From positions 1 to 28,267 of the IMG/VR virus record IMGVR_UViG_3300020045_005633: a stretch of DNA of 28,267 bases. One strand, 5' to 3'. The translations under genes were made by a program, and so were the position numbers. Origin of the DNA: a virus (taxonomy: Duplodnaviria > Caudoviricetes). Below are positions 8,751 to 16,814 of this stretch, in pieces. Under the pieces are notes generated by a model. That model saw only the letters and a list, made by a program, of their open reading frames with translations, ran no database searches and had not been told where the DNA came from. Numbering within the stretch: position 1 is the first letter of the stretch; each line of letters starts with the position of its first letter.

Positions 8751-9923
8751 TTAAAAAAATCCAGTGTAAACTCCTACCTGATCGTTTTTGAAACTTATTG
8801 CTCCGTATCGTGCCGCATCCATAAGATCGTCAAACTTTTTAATCGGCTCATCCAAAATATCCCCGTTGGGCTTCTGCTTCCACTTATACGACCTCATCTC
8901 CTTTTGGATGTCTATAGACTCCCTGTGAACAAAGATACGATTAGATCGCACAAAATCGATTCCCTCCTTTACCGACTTGTCAGCAGGGTAGGCCACAATT
9001 CCGGCCCGCTGCATCTCTTCGATGATCTCCGGACGGGCAGAATCACAGTAAACATATTTCTGTTTCACGATCGGTTTAATGGCGGCTATCAGGTCCGATG
9101 CCGTGGTATGGGACTGGAAAAACTTTTGTTCAAAATATAGTTTCTTTTCCTCATAAGCAACCTTGACAAGGGCGTTAGGGTGATTGAATCCAAAGTCTAA
9201 CCCAAAGCAATAATCGAGGTGTTCGGGTATTTTGTCGATGGTTTCAAACTTATGATAGATTGTAGCCTGAGCGGTGCCGCGCTCACCTAGCCCGTAAACT
9301 TTCCAGAAATTTGGGTCTATGTCCTTCAGTTGTTCTATTTCGGCTTTCTGCTGCCGGCTTAAGAATGGGTTGTCCTTGTACGTGGTCTGAATAAACTTGC
9401 AGTCCTTACGGGGTATGATTTCGTCATAAATCCAATGGAACTCATCCGCGGGGTTGTAATCCATGATTACCGTTTTTTTGGTACGTATCATCAATTGGCG
9501 GGCTGTCTCTAGGCTCAATAGGTTGGCTTCGTTGATGTGTAGAACGTCCCGGCCCGGTCCGCGTACCCGCTTGGCGTCATCGACCCCGAAAAATTCAATG
9601 TAACTCCCTAAAGGATATTGATATAGTTGGTCGGTCATGTTATGGGCTAAAGGGTTGTAATTACCTTTTGCCTCCATCAATTCGCGCCAGTCCCTCATAG
9701 CGCCCTTTTTCAGGTGAGGCAGGGATATTGAACAGACCGAAATACTTTGCTTTGTTGTGTAGGCAAGCCCAATGAGTAGATCCTGTATGCCGTAGGTTTT
9801 GCCGGACCGTGTGCCGCCCTGGTGAACGATCACCCTGTACCCGTCATCAATAGCCTGGAGGGTTTCAACGGCTACTCTTGTGGGGGCACATCCGTATCCG
9901 ATGGTATCAATGATTTGTCCCAA
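8751..9923 (-). CDS. terL: Terminase large subunit (PBSX/SPP1-like)
   Basis: Walker A QGGTRSGKT, Walker B LHINEAN, motif III DYNP, nuclease motifs FGLDFGF and DDLMDAARY. Confidence 0.95.
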   Translation of the reverse strand: MGQIIDTIGYGCAPTRVAVETLQAIDDGYRVIVHQGGTRSGKTYGIQDLLIGLAYTTKQSISVCSISLPHLKKGAMRDWRELMEAKGNYNPLAHNMTDQLYQYPLGSYIEFFGVDDAKRVRGPGRDVLHINEANLLSLETARQLMIRTKKTVIMDYNPADEFHWIYDEIIPRKDCKFIQTTYKDNPFLSRQQKAEIEQLKDIDPNFWKVYGLGERGTAQATIYHKFETIDKIPEHLDYCFGLDFGFNHPNALVKVAYEEKKLYFEQKFFQSHTTASDLIAAIKPIVKQKYVYCDSARPEIIEEMQRAGIVAYPADKSVKEGIDFVRSNRIFVHRESIDIQKEMRSYKWKQKPNGDILDEPIKKFDDLMDAARYGAISFKNDQVGVYTGFF

Positions 9924-10156
9924 TATGCTTTTATTTCGATGCCTCCGCTTTGTTCCACTTTGTCAGTCGGTTTGCCGTATGCGTGTTCAAATACGAATTT
10001 CATTAGGGCTGGTTCCTGCGAGGTTATAAGGTAAATTAACCCTTTCTCTAACGATCCGAAATGATTGATAATAGCCGACCGGCATAGGTCAGCGGTCTTT
10101 AGTTCCTCTGATAATGGTTTCCTTCCCGCTCCCTTTCTTGCTCCCCCTGCTGGCAT
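9872..10156 (-). CDS. terS: Terminase small subunit (putative)
   Basis: N-terminal GGARKGAGRKP and later AYGKP motifs; directly upstream of and overlapping terL. Confidence 0.7.
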   Translation of the reverse strand: MPAGGARKGAGRKPLSEELKTADLCRSAIINHFGSLEKGLIYLITSQEPALMKFVFEHAYGKPTDKVEQSGGIEIKAYWDKSLIPSDTDVPPQE

Positions 10157-10176
10157 GGTGAAAAAAAATGATTATT

Positions 10177-10208
10177 CAAAACTAAACATTTAGTTAATCT
10201 TTTGCAAA
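10177..10208 (-). promoter_or_regulatory. Bacteroidota sigma70-type promoter for the terminase/structural operon
   Basis: TTTG (10208-10205), 20-nt spacer, TAGTTTTG (10184-10177). Confidence 0.7.
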
Positions 10209-10224
10209 TCACTGGGTTATCTTA

Positions 10225-10521
10225 TCAAGTTTCTTCTGAATAATAAATTACCCGCTCATGATCTGTCTTTACTGATAACATCAATTTGCGGTGGATCACT
10301 TTTAAAGATTCGTTAAAAGTTCTATCTCGGTCTGCTCTCATGTGGCATTCACGGCTTAAGGCGCATAAATTTTCCACAAAGTTAAGTTTGGCTTTGGCTA
10401 TGCTGCGAGGTTCAAGATGATGAATATCTACTCCCTGTTTACCGCATCCACACTCACAAGGAATCCATGAACTTTCATCATAACCGAAATATTTAAAATA
10501 GGCTTTAACGTAGCTTTTCAT
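10225..10521 (-). CDS. HNH nuclease-family protein next to the terminase genes
   Basis: CECGC...DIHH...ENLCALSRECH HNH/Zn pattern. Confidence 0.75.
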   Translation of the reverse strand: MKSYVKAYFKYFGYDESSWIPCECGCGKQGVDIHHLEPRSIAKAKLNFVENLCALSRECHMRADRDRTFNESLKVIHRKLMLSVKTDHERVIYYSEET

Positions 10522-10664
10522 CTCGGTAATCCAAAAGTTAAAACATAACCATAATTCACATCCAAATCCAACATGACATAGTATCCAGCGTCATCTAACA
10601 TACCATAAGTTTTTACGGCCTGTGGATCAAATCCAAATGACATAGATTTTCTAAATGGTTTCAT
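10518..10664 (-). CDS. Hypothetical 48-aa protein
   Basis: Hand translation MKPFRKSMSFGFDPQAVKTYGMLDDAGYYVMLDLDVNYGYVLTFGLPR; ATGA overlaps at both ends. Confidence 0.55.
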   Translation of the reverse strand: MKPFRKSMSFGFDPQAVKTYGMLDDAGYYVMLDLDVNYGYVLTFGLPR

Positions 10665-10792
10665 TCCTTGTATTTACTTGCCTTCTTCAGCGTCTTAACA
10701 ATCCAGGAATTTACGTTAGGTTTCGCCACCCTCTTAAGATGATCTTTAAGCCCCTTCTTGGTCTTACAGGTTATTACTTCGGTGTTTATCAT
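10661..10792 (-). CDS. Ribbon-helix-helix (Arc/CopG-like) DNA-binding protein, 43 aa
   Basis: Hand translation MINTEVITCKTKKGLKDHLKRVAKPNVNSWIVKTLKKASKYKE: alternating beta strand then two amphipathic helices; A-rich start context. Confidence 0.55.
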   Translation of the reverse strand: MINTEVITCKTKKGLKDHLKRVAKPNVNSWIVKTLKKASKYKE

Positions 10793-11010
10793 GGTTTTTT
10801 TGTTTCAATTAAAAGTGGGTCTTTCCCCACCTGTCACTATTGTACTGCCTTCTGGTTATTGTTTAACCGCGTTCATACCATGCAGTTTAGCTCCGAACAT
10901 TCTCATAGTAGCCTTAGTTACGGAACGGGTCTAATTACGCATACTCGTTTGGTATAGGGTCGATTTTACGTGCACCCCGAATATGTTTCAGCCACAGCAC
11001 CGTTGCGGGT

Positions 11011-11031
11011 GTAATACTATAAAGGTATTAC
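11011..11031. promoter_or_regulatory. Inverted repeat, candidate operator
   Basis: GTAATAC-N7-GTATTAC. It overlaps a minus-strand TACCTTTA -7-like element, and the half-site recurs at 11103-11109. Confidence 0.55.
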
Positions 11032-11083
11032 CAATTATCCAAATATTCAGGCTAAAATTATTTTGAAATATTTTTCTTAAAAG

Positions 11084-11114
11084 TTTGGAAATATCATAGG
11101 GGGTATTACCTTTG
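11084..11114 (+). promoter_or_regulatory. Consensus Bacteroidota promoter for the early operon
   Basis: TTTG (11084-11087), 19-nt spacer, TACCTTTG (11107-11114); AT-rich upstream region. Confidence 0.85.
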
Positions 11115-11163
11115 AATCATCAAACAATAACAAAAATGGCACACATCAATAAAAAATAAACAC

Positions 11164-11400
11164 ATGAAAAACCAACTAGACACCCGCAAACTTCAAATCT
11201 TGGTAACTAAAAACGAAACACAGGTTACCAACTCTATCCAAAACTTTCAGGTAGTGGATGCCGAGGGTTGGGACTTAGGCGATCCCATCGGTTATGGTGC
11301 TACCCTCGATGACGCAATAATGGACTTTGCTGAAAACTGGGAGATGAAAAGAGATCAGGAAATTGAAATCGAAAAAATTCTTTACCCTTCAGATTTATGA
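11164..11400 (+). CDS. Hypothetical early protein
   Basis: First sizeable ORF after the promoter; ATGA-coupled to the next ORF. Confidence 0.7.
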   Translation: MKNQLDTRKLQILVTKNETQVTNSIQNFQVVDAEGWDLGDPIGYGATLDDAIMDFAENWEMKRDQEIEIEKILYPSDL

Positions 11401-11585
11401 TAAGCGAAACAATGCCTTTAAACGAGTGGCCGGTTAGAGAACTATGGAGCCTTTATGGAATATTAAGTATTGGCAGGTTTGGGGCTGAATCAAATGAGGA
11501 AAGAGATTCCGCCTATGAATTTATGCAAGTAGTTAAAATGGCCATCAAAGACGCAGAAGAAAGAGAAAACAAACTACCCTATTAA
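11397..11585 (+). CDS. Hypothetical early protein
   Basis: Tightly packed co-oriented ORF. Confidence 0.65.
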   Translation: MISETMPLNEWPVRELWSLYGILSIGRFGAESNEERDSAYEFMQVVKMAIKDAEERENKLPY

Positions 11586-11586
11586 T

Positions 11587-11826
11587 ATGAGAAGATGCAA
11601 AGTTATTTTAAATAAGAATGATTCTTTTTTTGATCAAAAAGATTTCATTGAAGGTAAAGTGTTATTGGAAGATATGGAAGATATGGAAGATATGGAAGAT
11701 GGGTTCAGTAGATTTCAATTTGAATCAGATAATGACATTGATATTTTTAACGAAAAAACTTCCTGCTGGACTGATAGAAGTGATTATAAATTTCTTTTTC
11801 ATCAACCAAAAATAACATATTTATGA
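11587..11826 (+). CDS. Hypothetical acidic early protein with an EDM repeat
   Basis: Tightly packed; ATGA overlap with the next ORF. Confidence 0.6.
   Translation: MRRCKVILNKNDSFFDQKDFIEGKVLLEDMEDMEDMEDGFSRFQFESDNDIDIFNEKTSCWTDRSDYKFLFHQPKITYL
11666..11700 (+). repeat. 9-bp tandem repeat TGGAAGATA, about 3.9 copies
   Basis: Read directly from the sequence; encodes EDMEDMEDMED. Confidence 0.95.
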
Positions 11827-12071
11827 GCGTTAAAATAATCACCAACGAAGCAGACGGTTACCAGGTAATGTACTGCTCCACAACGATGCAAGCCTTCGGG
11901 CCTGTCCTGTCTGATGATGATTTGAATCTTGAGGATTTCCTTGTTTGGCTTAAAGACAACTACGGAGATGACCCCCGTGAATTAACTCCACAAGATCTGG
12001 ACTCCAAATTTTACGAATGGATTAAAGTTGAGAAAGAGATCGCGGACGGAAACTTTGCAGATAACCATTAA
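11823..12071 (+). CDS. Hypothetical acidic early protein
   Basis: Tightly packed co-oriented ORF. Confidence 0.7.
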   Translation: MSVKIITNEADGYQVMYCSTTMQAFGPVLSDDDLNLEDFLVWLKDNYGDDPRELTPQDLDSKFYEWIKVEKEIADGNFADNH

Positions 12072-12076
12072 ACAAT

Positions 12077-12715
12077 ATGAGCGAAAACGAACATTTTCAA
12101 GAACCTGAAAAGCTTAGAATGCTTATGCAGGATTTTACAAGACGGTTGAATGTAGAACCTGACCCGCGCGAATTTGAAAAGACCCCTGATAATCGGGCTT
12201 CATTCCTTCCGGTTTCTTTTGTCGAAATGACCCTCGATGAATTGTTTTTAGGACAATGGGAAGTTTCAGAAATTCACACCCAACAAATATTTAACGAAGT
12301 TGTGGGTACTGGGATCTTGACGGTATGGCATCCGGTAACAGGCCGACCACTGAAGAGGGCCGGATTTGGATCGGTAGTTATTACTCAAGACAAGGACGCG
12401 GCTATTGCTGACTTTAATATCACTAAGAAAAAGAACGCCTTAGATTTAACCTTTCCAAAGCTGAAAGCCGAAATACTTAAGAACGCAGCACAAAGTTTAG
12501 GTAAGGTTTTCGGAAGGGATATTAACAGAAAGCAAAGGGACGTATTTAAACCCGCTTTAAAACCACTTTCCGATCAGGGACTGTTAGATGCGATCAAACG
12601 GATTGAAGACGGGAAAATTGAAACCTATGCCCTTGCGGAGTCTAATTTCCTACTTACCGATATTCAAAAGGAAATGTTAATGAACGCCTCACCAAATAAG
12701 CAACTCAATGGATAA
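12077..12715 (+). CDS. Single-strand annealing protein (Sak/Rad52-like)
   Basis: FLPVSFVEMTLDELFLGQW and LKNAAQSLGKVFGRDIN resemble the Rad52/Sak core; adjacent to an exonuclease gene. Confidence 0.65.
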   Translation: MSENEHFQEPEKLRMLMQDFTRRLNVEPDPREFEKTPDNRASFLPVSFVEMTLDELFLGQWEVSEIHTQQIFNEVVGTGILTVWHPVTGRPLKRAGFGSVVITQDKDAAIADFNITKKKNALDLTFPKLKAEILKNAAQSLGKVFGRDINRKQRDVFKPALKPLSDQGLLDAIKRIEDGKIETYALAESNFLLTDIQKEMLMNASPNKQLNG

Positions 12716-13442
12716 TTTTGAAATGGAATTAGCCCAGGCAAGTGAACAAGGTTCACAGATATGGCATGACGTAAGGGCCGGACGTTTTACATCTTCCGAA
12801 ATGTGGAAGTTAATGGAATCAGGGACTAGGGAAATGAACGCGGCTGAATTAGCGGCAAGACCAAAAACAGGGAAGGGCAGTAAGTCAAAGTTTATCGAAG
12901 ATCCTTCATGTCTTTCAAAAACCACTCAGACGTATATCAGGACGAAGGTAGCTGAAACATTGACGGGCCACGCAGCAGAGCAAGTCAACAGCGCGCCTAC
13001 CCGTTGGGGCGAGGACTTTGAACCGATAGCGGCTGAATACTTTGCTGAAAAGATGGGTGTGGAGTATGAGATACTCGCTTTCGTACCTTATGGCGAAAAT
13101 GCAGGAGGAAGCCCTGACCGGAAAATAAAAGGTAAGAACGAACTTTTGGAAATTAAATGCCCGTTCAATTCCGCTAATCAGGTCGACTATCTTATGTTAA
13201 CGGATCAATGGGATTTGAAAAGAGAATACCCAGAACATTACTGGCAGTGTATGAGTAATCTAATGTTTACGGCTGCTGACTTATGTCACTTTGTTACCTA
13301 TGATCATAGAATGATTTCAGATAAACACAAGATGTTTCATTTAGAAATATATCCTGTAATTGAGGACTTTGAAAGAATCAATTTGAAACTTCAATCTGCA
13401 ATCATTGAGAAATATAAATTAATTGAACTGATTAACTTATGA
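12708..13442 (+). CDS. YqaJ/lambda exonuclease-family protein
   Basis: QGSQIWHDVRAGRFTSSE, RWGEDFE, GGSPD, LEIKCP and HYWQCM motifs. Confidence 0.92.
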   Translation: MDNFEMELAQASEQGSQIWHDVRAGRFTSSEMWKLMESGTREMNAAELAARPKTGKGSKSKFIEDPSCLSKTTQTYIRTKVAETLTGHAAEQVNSAPTRWGEDFEPIAAEYFAEKMGVEYEILAFVPYGENAGGSPDRKIKGKNELLEIKCPFNSANQVDYLMLTDQWDLKREYPEHYWQCMSNLMFTAADLCHFVTYDHRMISDKHKMFHLEIYPVIEDFERINLKLQSAIIEKYKLIELINL

Positions 13443-13627
13443 AACTTCCCATCAAAATCCAAACCTACGTGACCGCCATTTTAGAGGCCACCGAAATAAG
13501 CCTGAAGGTCAGCGTGCCTATCTACGTCTTCCGCGTTTTAGAGGGCGGCTATTGCATAGATTCCAATCCTGAAGTATATTCGAATGAGCGTTTGATTTGT
13601 AAACTTTTTAACGGTGAAGCGATATGA
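13439..13627 (+). CDS. Hypothetical protein
   Basis: ATGA-coupled ORF. Confidence 0.65.
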   Translation: MKLPIKIQTYVTAILEATEISLKVSVPIYVFRVLEGGYCIDSNPEVYSNERLICKLFNGEAI

Positions 13628-13794
13628 AGTATATAAAATTAATTGCGTTATGGTTGTTCGTGTTGGCTATCGCTCTGACTCTAAAGATAGAGATGCCTGA
13701 CGATTCAAGTACAACTTTTTTAATAAGGGTTATATTATTAATTCCCTTTTCTTACGGTGCAATATTATTATCAAAAAAAATACTATACAAATGA
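13624..13794 (+). CDS. Small membrane protein with two TM segments, 56 aa
   Basis: Hand translation MKYIKLIALWLFVLAIALTLKIEMPDDSSTTFLIRVILLIPFSYGAILLSKKILYK; ATGA overlaps at both ends. Confidence 0.65.
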   Translation: MKYIKLIALWLFVLAIALTLKIEMPDDSSTTFLIRVILLIPFSYGAILLSKKILYK

Positions 13795-13937
13795 AAACCT
13801 GGACTTACCTAACACCCGACTTTGAGCAATGCGTTAAGATCGTAAAAATGGGCCGCTGCTCCGGCCTGAAGATTGACTGGATGCGATCGCTTTTGAAATG
13901 GACTTGGATGTATCAACTAACCTACTTACCAGAATGA
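13791..13937 (+). CDS. Hypothetical 48-aa protein
   Basis: Hand translation MKTWTYLTPDFEQCVKIVKMGRCSGLKIDWMRSLLKWTWMYQLTYLPE; ATGA overlaps at both ends. Confidence 0.55.
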   Translation: MKTWTYLTPDFEQCVKIVKMGRCSGLKIDWMRSLLKWTWMYQLTYLPE

Positions 13938-14161
13938 ATATAGTAGAGCCTACCCCGTTGCAATTAGCGTTATTTATAATTCAACTGGAAAAAACAGATC
14001 AGAACGTGGATAACATATCCAACATGATTAAGGAATATGGAAGGCGGTTATTAGATCATGCAGCAAAAGAAATAACGACTCAAAACTATAACGTTATTAC
14101 CCGTGGCGGTACTTTCAAATCAGCGATTGAAATAATCCTTAAAATCAAAGATGAACTATGA
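13934..14161 (+). CDS. Hypothetical protein
   Basis: Start moved from 13898 to 13934 because of the ATGA overlap with the preceding ORF. Confidence 0.6.
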   Translation: MNIVEPTPLQLALFIIQLEKTDQNVDNISNMIKEYGRRLLDHAAKEITTQNYNVITRGGTFKSAIEIILKIKDEL

Positions 14162-14400
14162 ACCACACAGAAAAACAAAAAGAAGCCATTGCAAATTATA
14201 TTTTGCTAGGCTTACCTTTAAATCCCTTAGAGGCGTTTAAACTATTCGGTACTTTCAAAATCAGTTCACGTATTGGAGAACTTGAACGCGAGGGTAAAAT
14301 TCCCACCGTTAGGCGTGGATGGCTCGAAGTTAAAACCCGCTATTGTGATAAGGTTAAGGTCAGGACGTATCAATTACCAAGCCGTAAATTTTCGCTATGA
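14158..14400 (+). CDS. Winged helix-turn-helix protein
   Basis: LNPLEAFKLFGTFKISSRIGELEREG matches a common phage wHTH pattern. Confidence 0.75.
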   Translation: MNHTEKQKEAIANYILLGLPLNPLEAFKLFGTFKISSRIGELEREGKIPTVRRGWLEVKTRYCDKVKVRTYQLPSRKFSL

Positions 14401-15041
14401 ACGCAATAATCCTAACCGACAAAGGTATTGGGTGCATTGAAGCACCTGACCCTAACGATACCATTGGAAAATATGGAGCCTATTTTGATAACTTGCCAAA
14501 ATATAAGAAAGAGCTCGAAGCCGCCATGAAAAATGTTGTGCTGTTTAAGGATCAGAAGGGCACAATTAAGGATTGCTACAATCTTTTTGATACACCATAC
14601 ATTGAAAAAGGCAAGCTATATCCTGTGCCGGAAAACTATGAGATTAAACTTGAGGATAAGGTGTGCTATTTTCATGAAGACCCAAAAACTAATCTATGGA
14701 AGCCCTATCCATCCGAAAGTAAATGGACAAACAATCCTAACCTAGCATACCAATTTGATACTATAACGGAAGCTCTTGAAGCACTAACTATGCCAGATAG
14801 GTTAAACGATATAGTTGTTACCGATATCTTCATAGATGCTTATGCCATCTTAGTACCAAAGCAAGAGTCTGTTAAAATACCTACACAAAAAGAGCTCGAA
14901 GACTACCTCACAGTTTACCGCGAATGGACAAAACTCAGGGCGTGGATAAAAAGATGGAAGCACGAGGTAACCCCTGAGAAATTCCAGGACATGAAAAAGA
15001 AAGAACGTGAACTATTGGCCAAACTAAATAAGATGTTATGA
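14397..15041 (+). CDS. Hypothetical protein
   Basis: 214-aa ORF coupled on both sides. Confidence 0.7.
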   Translation: MNAIILTDKGIGCIEAPDPNDTIGKYGAYFDNLPKYKKELEAAMKNVVLFKDQKGTIKDCYNLFDTPYIEKGKLYPVPENYEIKLEDKVCYFHEDPKTNLWKPYPSESKWTNNPNLAYQFDTITEALEALTMPDRLNDIVVTDIFIDAYAILVPKQESVKIPTQKELEDYLTVYREWTKLRAWIKRWKHEVTPEKFQDMKKKERELLAKLNKML

Positions 15042-15262
15042 CACTACAAGAAGCTAAAGACAGATGTGCTGTCAAAATGGGTTATGTTGATTATTATCAT
15101 TTAGCCTCACAGAATTATTTGAAAGTTCCATTATGCTTGGATATAGTTATAGAATTATACGCCCGTAGTAAATGGGACGAGTGTTATTTAAAAACCTGTG
15201 ATGGAATTAAAATTAAAACACTATTTACTTTTGATGCACCTAAACCAGAATTTAAACTATGA
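15038..15262 (+). CDS. Hypothetical protein
   Basis: ATGA-coupled ORF. Confidence 0.65.
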   Translation: MTLQEAKDRCAVKMGYVDYYHLASQNYLKVPLCLDIVIELYARSKWDECYLKTCDGIKIKTLFTFDAPKPEFKL

Positions 15263-15456
15263 CACCAATTCAACTACTTACCGAACGTGAAAGACTTCGA
15301 AATACCAAGATGAAAGACATGAGGTATTTCATCAAGGGGATAGACAGCGACAAACCCGCGCTGCAATGCCTATCGGCTATCTTGCTAGGATTTATTTTCC
15401 CGCTTGTTCTCGCTATTATTATCAGGCTTGTGGACTACTTAATTACAGGGGTATGA
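15259..15456 (+). CDS. Small membrane protein
   Basis: C-terminal hydrophobic LSAILLGFIFPLVLAIII. Confidence 0.6.
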   Translation: MTPIQLLTERERLRNTKMKDMRYFIKGIDSDKPALQCLSAILLGFIFPLVLAIIIRLVDYLITGV

Positions 15457-15734
15457 ACGAATGGACATTAGAAGAAAAGAACAACTTCGAAGGAAGGTAT
15501 ATAGCCGCCAACGCAAAGCAAGCTATAAGGATTCAGGAACTCGAAGCCAAACTGGAAGGGCTTCAAAATCTTGTGATAGCAAAAAGTAAAGTCATCCAAG
15601 ATTATCGTGATGAAGTACACCAACTCGAAGCCAAACTCAAAGCCGCTGATGAGGTGATTAGCGAAAGCGTGTGTCGTGATTATGATGGAAGATACGAAAA
15701 AGCCCTCGAACACTATAAATCATTGAAGCCATGA
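15453..15734 (+). CDS. Coiled-coil hypothetical protein
   Basis: Start at 15453 (MNEWTLEEK) by ATGA overlap; repeated LEAKL segments. Confidence 0.65.
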   Translation: MNEWTLEEKNNFEGRYIAANAKQAIRIQELEAKLEGLQNLVIAKSKVIQDYRDEVHQLEAKLKAADEVISESVCRDYDGRYEKALEHYKSLKP

Positions 15735-15823
15735 GCATCCTATCCATCGTCCTGATCACCTGGTTAGCCTCCTGTTTTACTATTACTCTTTGTTGGTTAC
15801 TTATTAAACGATTCTGGAAATGA
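15731..15823 (+). CDS. 30-aa single-TM peptide
   Basis: Hand translation MSILSIVLITWLASCFTITLCWLLIKRFWK; exactly fills the gap with ATGA overlaps at both ends. Confidence 0.55.
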   Translation: MSILSIVLITWLASCFTITLCWLLIKRFWK

Positions 15824-16458
15824 AGGTGTTGAACCTTTATGCTTGTCTTGGAGGCAATCGATACAAATGGACAGACTGTGAAGTAACAGCTGTTGAGCTT
15901 GACCCCGAACTGGCAAGGCTTTACAAAGAACGATTCCCAAATGATAATGTAATTGTCGGGGATGCTCACCAATACCTTTTAGACCATTACAAAGAGTTTG
16001 ATTTTATTTGGACTTCTCCACCATGCCCAACTCATAGCAAAATGAGGTTAGTTAATACCGGTGATGGTGAAAGAAAGAAATCTGCATCATTCCCTGATTT
16101 AAAACTTTATGAGGAAATAATTTTTCTCGATAATTTTTTTGATGGAAAATATTGTGTTGAAAATGTTATACCATACTATGAGCCTTTGATTCAGGCACAA
16201 AAAAGGGGAAGGCATCTATACTGGACAAATTTTAAATTACCGAATGATTTAGGCGATAGAAGAGCTGATAATTTTATTTATTCAAAACAATCAGATTTAG
16301 AAAGATTCCATAGGATAGATTTAAGCACATATAAAGGAGAACAGAGAACCGATAAGATCGCAAGAAACCTTGTAGACTATGAGGCTGGCCTAACCATTTT
16401 CAATGTTGCGCGGGGTATATACAATAATAAAACCACTCAACAAACACTATTCAAATGA
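15820..16458 (+). CDS. Compact C5 cytosine DNA methyltransferase
   Basis: Motif I LYACLGG, motif IV SPPC, motif VI ENV. Confidence 0.88.
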   Translation: MKVLNLYACLGGNRYKWTDCEVTAVELDPELARLYKERFPNDNVIVGDAHQYLLDHYKEFDFIWTSPPCPTHSKMRLVNTGDGERKKSASFPDLKLYEEIIFLDNFFDGKYCVENVIPYYEPLIQAQKRGRHLYWTNFKLPNDLGDRRADNFIYSKQSDLERFHRIDLSTYKGEQRTDKIARNLVDYEAGLTIFNVARGIYNNKTTQQTLFK

Positions 16459-16814
16459 AATCAAACTTCAACCTACCAAAAGTAGACAGCTTCATGGGCA
16501 AGAACCCTGCCCGTGACACACAATGCGACCTGTTCCCACGCGAACAACACCCAGACGAACGAACGGCAAAAGAGTTCTTTGCCGACATGGAGAAGAAAAA
16601 CTTCAAGCGCAAGTTCGTGGAGAAAGTTATAAACGAAGCCCGCGTGAGATACCCCAACAGGAAGCCTATTATTTGCCTTACAACGGGTGAAGTATTCGAG
16701 GGCGTGAACTTAGCCGCCAGGAAGTACGATCTCGCCAACGGTAATTTAAACCGCCATCTGAAGGGTGATCCGCAATACAATCACTGCAAGGGGTTGAAAT
16801 TTCAGTATATATGA
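16455..16814 (+). CDS. NUMOD1-like DNA-binding domain protein
   Basis: KPIICLTTGEVFEGVNLAARKYDL...KGLKFQY resembles homing endonuclease C-terminal DNA-binding modules; no nuclease motif. Confidence 0.65.
   Translation: MKSNFNLPKVDSFMGKNPARDTQCDLFPREQHPDERTAKEFFADMEKKNFKRKFVEKVINEARVRYPNRKPIICLTTGEVFEGVNLAARKYDLANGNLNRHLKGDPQYNHCKGLKFQYI

Noticed and set aside
8742-8762. U7 run at the terL stop (GGA UUU UUU UAA), whose -1 frame is in frame with the next gene
   Set aside because: It is not a canonical X_XXY_YYZ site, an in-frame outcome has about a 1 in 3 chance, and a TerL-chaperone fusion has no obvious rationale.
10655-10957. 100-aa plus-strand ORF
   Set aside because: It is antisense to a coupled minus-strand ORF chain, lies upstream of the rightward promoter and has no recognisable motif.
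10860-10980. tmRNA-like 5' end (minus strand GGGGUGCACGUAAAAUCGAC)
   Set aside because: No T-arm (GGUUCGA), no matching acceptor-stem 3' end with CCA, and no tag reading frame found.
11666-11700. Possible CRISPR-like repeat
   Set aside because: The units are contiguous 9-mers without spacers.
15366-15452. Longer start for the 15366..15734 ORF
   Set aside because: It overlaps the preceding membrane-protein gene. The ATGA-coupled start at 15453 is more parsimonious.
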